The notes beneath the pieces were generated by a model, which did not search any database, had not been told where the DNA came from, and worked only from the letters and a program-made list of their open reading frames with translations. The position numbers and the translations under genes were made by a program. A stretch of DNA of 63,458 nt, counting the filler, from Octopus bimaculoides (lineage: Eukaryota): the NCBI RefSeq assembly GCF_001194135.2. It is 5 parts of 5 records of this genome, joined end to end, with 100 filler letters (N's around TTAATTAATTAA, not from the genome) between each part and the next. Parts side by side here need not be neighbours in the genome. Positions count along the whole stretch, not along the records: positions 1 to 15,323 come from NC_068985.1; 4 more parts are not named here. One strand, written 5' to 3'. Below, piece by piece: positions 1-12,670 of this stretch. Position 1 is the stretch's first letter, and each line of letters begins with the position of its first letter.

Positions 1-789
1 TATATATATATATATATATATATATTTTTATATATATATATATATATACGTTGATTGATGTAATTATTGCGGGACGCTGATGAGGTTAGGTGCCTGTTTG
101 CATTACATTTCCACCACTGTTATATAATTCAGCATTTTACTGTCCCACAAACCAGTGAATATCACGCCTATTTTGGCTTTATTATTTTTATGTCTACTAC
201 GTAGGACGTATTCCGCACATTAGTCTATTCAGATGTTGATGCCCCGTGCCGCATTTCACTTGATACTGGAGTAGAGCGTGAAACCCGCTACTCAAGCCTA
301 TTTTTGTTTGCGCGACGCAATTTACTTTGCGTCTCTTCCGAGATGTGTGTGTGTGTGCTGTGTGAAGGGCGTGTGTGCTGTGTGTCTATGTGTGTGTGTG
401 TGTTATATTATATATGGATATATGAAGAGAGAAAGAGGGGTAGAGAGACTGAGAAAATGTGATAGTGTGAGAAATACAGAGAGAGAAGAAAGTTTCCTAC
501 TGTTCTGTTTTGTCGTACATGTTAGTGGTGGTGGAGGTGGATGAGGAGGAGGAGAAGGAGTGCAGGTGGAGGTGGAGGAGGAAGGTGAGGAGGAGGGGGA
601 GGAGGGGTGGTGGTNNNNNNNNNNNNNNNNNNNNNNNNNNNNNNNNNNNNNNNNNNNNNNNNNNNNNNNNNNNNNNNNNNNNNNNNNNNNNNNNNNNNNN
701 NNNNNNNNNNNNNNNNNNNNNNNNNNNNNNNNNNNNNNNAGGAGGAGGAGGAGGAGGAGATCAAATGCCTTAAACATTTTCTGAAAAAT

Positions 790-1120
790 ATTTGCCTTCT
801 GTGACTTGTTTTTGTCATGAGATTACGGCCATCCTGGGGCACCTACTTGAAGAATCTTTAGTCGAACAGATCAACCACAGTATTTCTCTTTTTCAAAGCC
901 TGTTCTTTATTCTATCAGTCTCTTTTGAAGTACCGCAAAGTTACGGGGACATAAACACATCAACACCAGTTGACAAGTGGTGGTAGAGGACACAGAAAGA
1001 TACGTACATATTATACATATACAACGGGCTTATTTCACTTTACGTCTACCAAATACACTCACAAGGCTCTGGTGGGCCCGAGGCTGTATTAGAAGACACT
1101 TGCCCAATGGGGGCCACGTA
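790..1120 (-). mobile_element. SINE family D copy (tRNA-like head, internal TA/TG microsatellite, conserved 3' half)
   Basis: Reverse complement matches the copies at 28997-29392, 62350-62575 and 63320-63458 (e.g. tgtttatgtccccgtaact, ggtagacg). Confidence 0.75.
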
Positions 1121-1299
1121 ATAATATTTAAACCAGACACAAACTTCTTATCACACAGTCACGCATGCGCCTATGCTAAATTTGGAAACTATAACTGACT
1201 CTGGACTTTTGTGTGGTTGGATACCATCAAGAAGCAACACTTTGTTTAAACAAACTGTAAGCCAAAATCTTTTCTACTCGAGACAAACGGTCCGAAATT

Positions 1300-1485
1300 T
1301 TGGGGAAGAGTGGCAATCGATTACATCGATCCCAGTACCGTACCGGTACTTAATTTATCGACCCCGAAAGGAAGAAAGGCAAAGTCGACCCCGAAAGGAA
1401 TTTGAACTCAGAACATAAAGACAGACGAAATACTGCTAAGCATTTCTCACGGCATGCTAACGTTTCCGCCAGCTGACCACCTTCC
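1300..1485 (-). mobile_element. SINE family A copy
   Basis: Shares the core gagttcaaattcc...gtcgactttgcctttc...ggggtcgataaattaagtacc with the copies at 9119, 29911, 40038, 50280 and 63061. Confidence 0.85.
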
Positions 1486-1780
1486 ACGTATTGGTATTGA
1501 AGCCAGACGCAAAGATACGCATGCGCGTATGTTAAATTTGGAAACTATAACTAACTCCGTACTTTTGTGCGGTCCGTTAACCTCAAGAAGCAGCACTAGG
1601 TTTAAACAAATTGTAAGTCAGAATAAAGCCATAAGAACATAAAATTATACATCCATACATGCATAAATTCACACATGCGCACGCTCACAAATGGATATAC
1701 TAATATATGTATATAAATAAATAAATATATATATAGACATACATAGACATACATACACATATATATACATATATATAGAC

Positions 1781-1838
<58 letters not shown>

Positions 1839-2994
1839 CATACACACATACCGACATACATTCATACATACATACATACATACATTCTTACGTACGTATG
1901 TATGTACGTAGGTATATACGAACATGCGTATGTACAAATGTATGTATGGCTATATATGAACATTAAGATATACAGTGTATCAAAGTCGTAAAGACAATAA
2001 TTTAAGAGAACAGTATTTCTATCATGCGATATTAACGTCAGTTATAAAGGGAAATAACCACCTTTAGTGAATTTAATTTCCGGCCGTCTACTCGTGTCGC
2101 CAGGGAAACATTTGATTAAATGGTTTAGCAATGAGCAATAAGTAAAATTACGATGTCAAAATAAGTGTCGAAAGTGATAACATATTAAAGTAGTTTAACT
2201 GAGTATTAAACATTATGAAATATTCTGGAACATGGAATGACTAAACATAGCAAACATAATGTATGTCCGTATATATTCATTTATTATTTTATTTGTGTTA
2301 GTCATTGGATGCGGGCATACTGAGCGATCCGTCTTCAAAAGTCTTAACCGATTAAATGACCTACTGGTCTGGTATCAATTCTATAGCTTTCACGTTTTAC
2401 GAACCGTTAAGATACGAGAACATAAACAAACATACACCGGTGGCCAAATGATGACACATGAACACAAACATACACACACACACGCCCATGAGTACACTCA
2501 CCCCATTACTGTTTCTTCTTAGTGGCCTGACTTGGTACCGGTCATTTAACTTCTTTGTCAGCGTCTATTATAAAAAAATCCATTGCCATGATGAATAGAT
2601 TGGAAGAAACTGTGTAACCAGTTACGATTCCCTCCTCGCAGCTTTTGCTATTGAATTGTAATGTGGATTTGTTTTCAAGCGTAGCGAATGCCTCTGAAGT
2701 AATCGGTGATCACTCCATTGGTGTGCGGAGTGATGTGATATTAATCTAGAGGTACATGCATAAAGCCATAACAAATTGACCAAATGTAATCAGACCGCTA
2801 TTCTTGTTTCTCTTTTTACTTTTTGTTTTTATCTCTTGGATCATGTGGCTGAGACCTCGTTGCATTCCAGATATCTAGAGAAGCGTTTGACTCGATCTTT
2901 CAAAACAGATGTGTTTATGTATCCGTTCTCGGTCTGTCCGAGTTATTTTACCTTCACCGATCAGATGTAAGTTGTTTCTCAATTGGTTACCCGT

Positions 2995-3133
2995 CGAGTT
3001 ACTTGTCGAGGGAATCGTACTCCATAGACATACGTACCCTTAACGTAGGGATTCAGCGTGACGCAGAATGTGAGAAGCCTAGCCTTTTGAATTGCACGTA
3101 CAACTCATTTTTACTAACTGAATGGACTTGAAC
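2995..3133 (-). mobile_element. Partial SINE, family C / B-type 3' tail
   Basis: Contains cccttaacgtag..attcagcgtgac..agaatgtgagaag..gcc, as in the tails at 18218-18499 and 30174-30552. Confidence 0.55.
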
Positions 3134-3858
3134 AAGCTAAAACACTACCCATTTGGGAGTGATGGACATCGATGCTTCCCAAATGGGATTGATGGTGAAT
3201 TGTCTCGCCTGTCTATGACTAAAGTGTTTTAACACCAGCAACAATGAAGAGTTTATATACTCCGCTACGCCATTGCAGTCACCAGTAAATACAGAAAGCA
3301 TATACGTATAAGTATTTAATACTTATTACACTAGAGCTGCATTTACTTCACATGTAAAATCTCTCTTAGGTGTGCAATTTCCCGGTATAAAAGCTCATCA
3401 TTTTATAAGCCATGAGTATATGACTCGTGTACTGGGTAGGTAATTCGCCTTCAACCCAAGAGGGTGCGTGAGGTTGATAAGTCAGAAAAATGGAGAAACA
3501 TCGATGTCCATCACTCCCAAATGGGATTGAGGGCGTTTTACCTCTCCTGTACAATACTAATGTCTTTTGACACCGACAACAATGAGAGTTTCTATAATCC
3601 GCTAGCCATTGCAGCCACTGGAAAATACACAAAATATAAACATTTTGGATAATCATTTATCAACGCTTTCATTCGTGTAATCGAACTTTTCAAGAAATGT
3701 TAAAACCATCTGGGTATTAATTATTCTTGAAGAGTTCCGTTAAACGAAAAAAGCGATAATAAGGAATTACTTATAACTCTGACTCCCTCCTTTATCTAAA
3801 CATGCAATATCTGTACACTCTATACATACGTACATGCATACATACATACATACATACA

Positions 3859-3890
<32 letters not shown>

Positions 3891-5174
3891 CATGTGTGTG
3901 TGTGTGTGTGTGCGTATATGTCTGTGTGTGTATGTATATATATACATATATTCATATATACGTACATACATTGGAATTTTTCACAAAAATTTCCGCTGCC
4001 TTTCATGAAACGGATCTTCAGACTGAAGTTTGAATGTCGGTTGCGTGAAACCCACGCTAAAAGTCTGGGAAGTTTCTCAGCTTCAATAAGACTCTCAACG
4101 CTTTACTATTCCAGTCTTATTTTCTCCATCATGTTCTGTACTTATGTGCTCTCAAGAATGTATACTTGTGTATGTTTGCATATGCGTAAGTGTATACATT
4201 ATCTATGTGAATGCACACATCATAAGCAATATTAAATATATTTGCATATATTCAATCTACTTTTTATGTAAAATGAAAGGACATAAATTGTAACAATATA
4301 AGTAATGTAATATTATTGAACGCACAAAAACTTGGGACACCGAAACAATCCTTTGATGTTTTCCTATAACAAAAGGAAACATGATTAAAGAAAATTACAA
4401 TGGAGTATATACTGTGCATGTGTGTGTATACATACACACTTCAAAATAGTCATCCATCTACAGATGCGGACGGATACACACACAAACACGCATGTATGTA
4501 TGTATGTATGTATGTATGTATGTATGTATGTACGTATTTATGCATACATGTAGGTATGTCTATGTGTGTATGCATATATGCGTGCGTGCGTGCATACATG
4601 CATGTATGTATTTATGTATGTATTTATGTATGTATGTATGCATGCATGTATGTATGTGTGTATGTGTGTAAGTATGTATGCATTTATGTATGTATGTGTG
4701 TATGTATGTGTGTATTTGTGTATGTATGTATGTATGTATGAAGATGCGTATGTATTCTTAAATATTTGCTGTATGAAATCATCTATATGTATGAATATGT
4801 ACACATATGAATACGAACGTTGTTATGAATGTGTATATGTGTGTGTATGCGTGTATCTGAATATATACGTTTATGTCTAATTATACATATGAATATATGC
4901 TTATATATATATATTCATATATATTCTCTTTGTATTGTTAAATACGTTTATGTATGCACAGGCTTACATTTATATAAATGTTTTGAGTTATACTATTACA
5001 AACCTACCTCAGGAACTATTTCCATTAACCTTACTTTTTGAAAAAATATTTTTGTCGGTTTTACATTACAGATTCCTTCGTTCACATTTTAATGTACCAT
5101 TATAATAGTTTTTTAATAATTCTAATACGCCAGAACACATAAATACATAAATACACACATATGAGTGGCACGTT

Positions 5175-5176
5175 TG

Positions 5177-5267
<91 letters not shown>

Positions 5268-5287
5268 CTATCTATATATATATATAT
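5175..5287. repeat. (TCTA)n/(TA)n microsatellite running into an N gap; representative of dozens of TA, CA, GA, CATA, TCTA, TTTC and CCTA arrays in the window
   Basis: Direct inspection. Confidence 0.95.
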
Positions 5288-7883
5288 NNNNNNNNNNNNN
5301 NNNNNNNNNNNNNNNNNNNNNNNNNNNNNNNNNNNNNNNNNNNNNNNNNNNNNNNNNNNNNNNNNNNNNNNNNNNNNNNNNNNNNNNNNNNNNNNNNNNN
5401 NNNNNNNNNNNNNNNNNNNNNNNNNNNNNNNNNNNNNNNNNNNNNNNNNNNNNNNNNNNNNNNNNNNNNNNNNNNNNNNNNNNNNNNNNNNNNNNNNNNN
5501 NNNNNNNNNNNNNATATATTCGTGTGTATGTATGTGTGTGTATATGTATATGTGTATATATTTATGTATGTATATATTTGTATCTATATCTATATTTGTA
5601 TAAATATGAGTTTGCGTGTGTGTACGTGAGCTTTTTGCATGTGTATGCATGCGTGTGCATGTGTTTGTGTATACATATATATATTCATATTCACATACAT
5701 GCATATTTCGACGATAAAGAAAGTAAAGGAAATCTTTGGTAATAGTATTAATAGTATTGTATGTACGTTGTATTTGCGTCTACTTTTATATATCGATTGT
5801 GAGAACGTGAACATCTGCCAGTAAGTATATGTATGTAATAACTATATTCAACTGAAAACTATATACGAAATTGTGGCTATTTATAAGCGGTGTAGTAAGC
5901 GTGGTTCTGGGGTCGATGGCTACCAAAATGTGTTGCTGTATCCAATTGTCAATTCTGGTGTGAGCAGTTCGAGTTTTGTTATGGACTTTGCTATTTTCTA
6001 CATAATATCATTATTCTGCAGGGTTTTTTTTTTTGGTTTTGTTTCTCTCTTAAAATGTGAGTGTACTTACACTTTATTTCCTTGGCCAATACATTTTAAC
6101 TAAAGTCACATGATACGATGGTGGTTTCAGCAGTGGATGAAAATATTTTGCGCCAACTCCAATTTTTTGTCTCCGAAGTTCAGATCCGGTAGTGGCTCTC
6201 TGTTGGTAGATCTCATTCGTCGCTTGGTTTAATACTACTACGTAACTCTCGGATACATTTATCATATTCTACTCTGTCATAAGGATTTAAGTTAGACATT
6301 TTCTTCCACTAGGCTTGGATGCTCAGATAACAAGTTCATTATCACGGCCTTACCTCCGAATGAAGCGATAAAAACCACTCATTGTGACGACAAAAATCAT
6401 TTGCTTATGGATTAATTCAGGTGATGAACTTCAAAGGAAACATTATTTGAAATAAAATAAAATGTAATTAAAAATAAAATACTGCAGGGAGTAAGTTTGA
6501 CTTTCGGTACTATTGTTGATAACTATGCGTATGTGGACATGTTCTGGTCTTATGTTTCCTCTTTATGGATGTGTGGTCTTATTTGTAATCTACATAACTG
6601 TAGCTTGTTTAACTGTCCAGAATTAGTGAATAGATCTAGACAGCTGAATCACCCCAGTCTACTTAGATATTTAACTCTGAATAAAAAGAAAACGTTAATG
6701 AAACTGACACGATGCGTGGTGTAATTCAATGATGAAAGACATATTCCTTGTTCCGGAAAAGTTTAAAGTTTGTTTCAACAGTTCTTTATTATGAGAGACA
6801 CGTGTCTTGTGTACGATTTAATTGGTTTGAATCAAGACAGAGATTCACAGATAATGTCCAATAAGCTGTGACATATAAGTTTTGTAGACATCAAATCGAA
6901 TTACTATTCGGGATTAAAGAAACGGTTTCAAATCCCAATGAATATATCAGTTGATAGCTTCCCTTCGGACTTGTTGTTTCAAGATCTGTTAAAATGCTCT
7001 GAATAGTAATCTAAATGTTATTTATGATTAGGTTTACTTTGAAAGAGTTAACTTATGTTCGAAGGTAGTTTAACCCTGACACAACAGATTTATTTGGGGG
7101 GTTTTGGGGATATTTTTTTTGGTGCGTTCTAGAAGTTTTCAGATATTTTCAGGTGAGACGTTTATATCAAAGAAATACAAAACTCTAATTTCCTTCCAAG
7201 TAATATCTGACTTCAATGCACTTGTTGCGCTCCAGCCAATTCGTGAAGAAGCACCCAAGCACTGAGGGTCCTGGGAACAAACTTTTCACAAATTATGCGC
7301 ATATTCAGATCTATACGAATAATTCTGCGTACAAACGCTACACTAATTCAAAACCTCATTCTTAATTTGAATATAAACACACGTCGGTCTTAATCTTGAA
7401 AATTGGAAATCTTCTCATCCAGGTCTGATTTTCTGATGTTCCTATCTCCTCTACACACCTCGTCGTCTATCGCCTTCGCTCTGCTCTACTTTTGTGATAA
7501 GTTTCGTAGTGTTTTTGCCCTGTTTAACATAAAACGTTATTGCAAGTTGAGCTGCCAAACGTTCTCACTGCATTCAGCAAACTAGTGAGATGTGATTGGC
7601 AGGATTTTTAGTAAGGTGTATTCGAAATGCTGTTACAGCCGTCTCCTTCAATCTAGAATAACAAATGTTAGCAGATTAGCTTATTAGACGTATTGTTGTG
7701 TTACGTTAAACTTACTATAATCTACGACAGTTATAGCTATCTCTCTTGAAAACAAGTTGTGAAACTTCTAGACTGCACCTCATAAAATCAGTCTGCATTA
7801 TCCAATAAACTAAGTCTGATGAACGAACCCTGCAAACTCTTTTCAATTCTCAGTTGAAAATATTTCCTTGTTTTTCTTTATAG

Positions 7884-7966
7884 AAATCGTATTTAACCTG
7901 CAAGAAATGTTCCATAAATCTTTTAGTTCACAGGACTTCTTAAATTGCCAGATGCCTCATATTAAG
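7884..7966 (+). CDS. Candidate internal coding exon of an unknown gene (xIVFNLQEMFHKSFSSQDFLNCQMPHIK)
   Basis: Acceptor tttccttgtttttctttatag, donor AAG|gtaagt, 83 nt with exactly one open frame. No recognisable homology. Confidence 0.3.
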
Positions 7967-9118
7967 GTAAGTTATGTAAATATCTCAGATTATCGATTTT
8001 ATTGGTACTATTCAAGGATAACTCTATCATAGAATTTTCAGATTTTAAGAACTACTTTCTTTGGAACCAAACTTCAGGTTAAATTTAGCATCGTACTTTT
8101 CTATAACATGATTAATGTTTAATGCTGCAATGAATTTGTCTCATCGAATTTCTATAACTGTCTTTATTACGGAAACTGCGGCGAAAACATCCTTGAAACA
8201 GGATATTGCTAAGGAAGAAAAATGTGTTTCCTTATATGTATAATTGCTAATTGTACATTACTAGTTTATCAGAAGACACGTAATTAGTCCTTTAGTTAAA
8301 TCAACAATTCATAATATCTTGTCATCTGTTTAAATGTAATTATAGTAGTAGAGAAACTGAAACGGATATTTAGAGATAATCTTGTTTGTGGTTTCCACGC
8401 AAATCGAATCGAGAAAATAATTACACCAAATTACAGATAATCTTTCATGAAGACAGAATAAATTGTATGGAATATGTTTATTTTTTCATTAGGATGCGTT
8501 TTCAGTAAATGCTGCTTATCTATACGTTAAGAAATTGCAACAGGCTTCAGTTTGCTATTATCCGTTCACATGAGTACTATTTCACAAAGGTTTTAGTCTA
8601 AATGAGGTTTTAGTGAATCTTTGCGAACAAAATTTGTCATGGATAGAACCATATGGAACAGATCTGAAAATGTCAATTGCTCAAGGTTTTCTTCTTGTTC
8701 ACTTATAATGTTGTTGGACATGTTGTTGGACAATTTTATGAAAGCAGCAAATAAGCACGCCAATGAGAATCTAGGTTTGAATATTTCCACTGTCTTAGAT
8801 CCTATTGTAGCGTTGAGCTGTGTGTTTAGGGTTATTAGAGAAAAGCAATAGAGGTGAAATAACATCATGCACTGATGAAGAAAGGAGACAACTATGGACA
8901 TTGTCATGAATAAGACTACTTCAGCAAACTATAAGTATTGTATTTTACTTGCTAACACTGTAGGAAAATAACCTACTTCATAAAATAATTATCAAGACAT
9001 CGAGTAACGTCGGAAAATGCGATGAACTGCAAATGTAATGAAAATAAGACAAAGAAATTCCTTTATCCCATTCTGTTTTAAATCTGTCTCGAGTAGGACT
9101 ATATTCTTTTCTGCTATA

Positions 9119-9318
9119 GGCACAAGGCCTAAAATTGGGGAGAGGGGGATAGTCAATTTCATCTACCCCAGTGCGTAAATGGTACTTATTTCATCGACTC
9201 CAAAAGGATGAAAGGCAAAGTCAACCTTGGCGGAATTTGAACTCGGAACATATCGACGGGCGAGATACCGCTAAGCATTTCGTCCGGCGTGCTAACGATT
9301 CTGCCAGCTCGCCGGCTT
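9119..9318 (-). mobile_element. SINE family A copy, near full length
   Basis: Minus strand reads ggcgagctggcagaatcgttagcacgccggacgaaatgcttagcggtat...gagttcaaattccgcc. Confidence 0.9.
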
Positions 9319-9930
9319 AGAGTGGGAATATATTATCGCACGCATTAAGCGATGAAAAAGAGACATTCTAAGCAGCTTCACAGATCTCTCTCCCNNNNNN
9401 NNNNNNNNNNNNNNNNNNNNNNNNNNNNNNNNNNNNNNNNNNNNNNNNNNNNNNNNNNNNNNNNNNNNNNNNNNNNNNNNNNNNNNNNNNNNNNNNNNNN
9501 NNNNNNNNNNNNNNNNNNNNNNNNNNNNNNNNNNNNNNNNNNNNNNNNNNNNNNNNNNNNNNNNNNNNNNNNNNNNNNNNNNNNNNNNNNNNNNNNNNNN
9601 NNNNNNNNNNNNNNNNNNNNNNNNNNNNNNNNNNNNNNNNNNNNNNNNNNNNNNNNNNNNNNNNNNNNNNNNNNNNNNNNNNNNNNNNNNNNNNNNNNNN
9701 NNNNNNNNNNNNNNNNNNNNNNNNNNNNNNNNNNNNNNNNNNNNNNNNNNNNNNNNNNNNNNNNNNNNNNNNNNNNNNNNNNNNNNNNNNNNNNNNNNNN
9801 NNNNNNNNNNNNNNNNNNNNNNNNNNNNNNNNNNNNNNNNNNNNNNNNNNNNNNNNNNNNNNNNNNNNNNNNNNNNNNNNNNNNNNNNNNNNNNNNNNNN
9901 NNNNNNNNNNNNNNNNNNNNNNNNNNNNNN

Positions 9931-9965
<35 letters not shown>

Positions 9966-10028
9966 GTGTGGTGCGTTTGAGTCTGTGTGCATCGATATAT
10001 ATATGTAGATACACACACAGAAGTATAT

Positions 10029-10079
<51 letters not shown>

Positions 10080-10689
10080 GGAGGGAGAGAGGAGAAAGTG
10101 ATCGAGGTACATTTTTCATTTGATTTGCAATATTTAATATAAGTACCTTCAAAAGCATATATGCAATTGTGAGAAATTGTGAAATGTTAATTACTAAGGA
10201 AGAATGACAGGATGTAAAAGAAATAGTTCTATTTAAATCTATTCATTTTAAGAGAAATTCAATGAACGTAATATTCTCAGACTAAACTAAGTGCCAGTTA
10301 ACTTTTTGGAAAGCAAGAAATAAAATGCACTGTGGTAAAGTTAATTCAAATTTTGTAAAATATAATAATGTGTCTTTAATCAAATTAAAACTTTTAAATT
10401 TCGAAACTTATCTTTACATGTGACAACAAGGAATACTATGGCGAACGTTCTGGCCATAGGTGGTTAAACCGACAACCTCGGGAGTCCTGAATGGTACGGA
10501 GGGCAGTTTTTCGTTGAGTGCCCTGCAAGACGAAAAGGAAAACCTACCAAGGAGCAGATGAAATGAATAGAGCCAACAGTCAAACAGCAACCGGGCGGGA
10601 GTAATCTCTAATCTTTGGGTTGACAACTCTAGATGTACGAAACCTCTGATGTAAAAGCTGTGACTTCATTTACATACTGTTATGTAGAC

Positions 10690-11240
10690 TAGCTCTTCTG
10701 GACAACTACATATGTTGTTTAGAGATTGGGAGTGAACATGCGCAGGACCTTTTTTTACATTAGAAAGTGTGAGGCACAGATTACCATTGATTTTAACAGT
10801 AGAACTCTTGATTGGCGGCTTGGCCCTGGTGAACGAATTCTCAATGCACATTACTACATTTCCAGGAGTGACGCTCGTGGCAGGTCTTCCAGATCATTCA
10901 TCGTCTTCCAGAGACATACTTCCGCCTGTGAAGCGCCTATGCCTCTCGAATCATTGCATACGATCCATTGCCTCATCGCCGTAAGCTTTCCAAAGCATGC
11001 TCAACGTCTCTGTAGCAGACGCCCCAAGTTTAACGCAATATTTCACGACAAAATCGCAGACTATAGTATACACGTGATCGCAAAAACACAAATTTCGCAA
11101 CTTGCGAGGCAAACACAACGATGTCACTTGGCACGTTGCCTCATGAAGGTTACTGTAAACTCTCATTATGCGTGCAACCGCGTGCTGCTATCTGTAGGCT
11201 CGCTACAGAGCTAGTCCGGGTACTTTCTGATACTATTGCA
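10690..11240 (-). mobile_element. Decayed mariner transposon, 5' part
   Basis: VKYCVKLGASATETLSMLWKAYGDEAMDRMQ..FEWHRRF..SLEDDE*SGRPATSVT matches the mariner N-terminal HTH region. A TIR-like tatcagaaagtacccggact lies near 11215-11235. Confidence 0.85.
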
Positions 11241-12319
11241 GGCCGCAGTTGTAACAGATACAATGGAAAATTTTATAATGGAAAATTTTATGATGGAAAA
11301 AAGAGCATGTGTCAGTGTGGGTTGTAGCAGTCTAAATAGCTGCTGCAAGGGTAACTTTGCAATGCCACATCCATGCAAAAGTGTATAGGTCTATAGGTCT
11401 CTGGTGGCACCGAAAAATCTTCATCCATGTTGCTTTAACAGACAATGCCGTAATAGCATTGCTTGAAATCGAATTGCAGCCATGATGTATGCATGTATTG
11501 TGTATTGTGTATACACATACATAGTTACACAATCATATACGCGTATCTCAATGTGTGTGTGTGTGTGTGTGTGTTTGTATACGTGTGCATGCGTACGTGT
11601 TAGTGTGTGCGTGTGTGTGCGTGCGTGCGTGGGGGTGTGTGTGTACAAAATCAAAACTTAAAAGATAATGAAAACCCATTGAAACGTGAATTTACTTTAC
11701 TTACCTTCCAGCATCCAACAATAATTAGATCAACTTACTTTCGTTTTCATTTCATATCTTTCACCTACATTATTACATTTTGCAATTATTACGTCTAATA
11801 TAACACGGAAAGTTAATTTGTAAAGTATCACTTAGTGTTTTAAATTAATTATATACTATTTATGAGTTATTCCGCCTGGCAGATTTTAGATTTTCTGCTG
11901 TTTCGAAACTTATCTCAAGTTATTATCAAATAGATAGATGAACGCCTAATATATTTTAATTCTGCATTTCTATAAGATGGTTTAAAATTACTTCTGATGG
12001 TAGGCCTAATATGTAAATATACCGAATAAGTAAACATCTGTTTTAACATCATCAGCACTTTGGTGCCTATAGGAAACATTCAGACCACATCCTCGTGTCC
12101 GCTTGTATTGCCTTAATAGGTATTGGCTTTTATCAATTTAGGGTCACTGTTGTGAATCCTGGAAATGTGAAACCAGTTTCGGAAGGTTACATTTTTATTA
12201 ACTGTAAATTCTTCATTATTTCTCCACTAAGATTTTCGAACGCATGTGGTATGCCTAAATAGCATGCTATTGCTCTAGTTTGTATTCCACATCATCAAAG
12301 TCACCGGAAATTTAAGATA

Positions 12320-12670
12320 TAGTGATCCATCGTAGTATCGTCAATAAGGAATGGTCCAGCTATTCTTTGGACGATAAGCCGTAACTCCTAGCAATTCCTA
12401 GTAAATTAACAAGACGTTCTCCATAATATGAGGATTCTCAGTTTCACAATATCTATGTTTGTGATAGTTAATTTTAAGTCATTAATTTAATTGTTGCTTC
12501 AAGACTCCAAACAATCTTTGTTAGAAAATATCATCTTCTCCACGTTTTGCTGCTTTGGATATGATACCAGGAATTTGCGATTTTAAGTAGGTTTCTGTAG
12601 GGGATCGCAGTCGTCAGCTGACACTCGGAGAAAATCAATAAAATGATAGATAGGTGAGTGATCCTTCCTG
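12320..12670 (-). mobile_element. Highly decayed Tc1/mariner-superfamily transposase, catalytic-domain fragment
   Basis: Colinear motifs across frameshifts: FLTKIVWS[L/D]EA, HRYCETENPH, RIAGPFLID, corresponding to the usual WSDEA / RxWxxENPH / IIGPFF. Confidence 0.6.

Noticed and set aside
8593-8907. Overlapping ORFs on both strands as a receptor or transporter exon
   Set aside because: No motif recognised and splice signals are weak; covered only as part of the unique-block finding.
11262-11300. 15-bp tandem repeat (AATGGAAAATTTTAT) and similar micro-tandems at 43672 and 56677
   Set aside because: Two to three adjacent copies without spacers; ordinary slippage, not CRISPR-like.
11990-12480. 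Harbinger/HARBI1-like or DHHC-like reading of this region
   Set aside because: Weak resemblance only. The Tc1/mariner motif series on the minus strand explains the overlapping sequence better.
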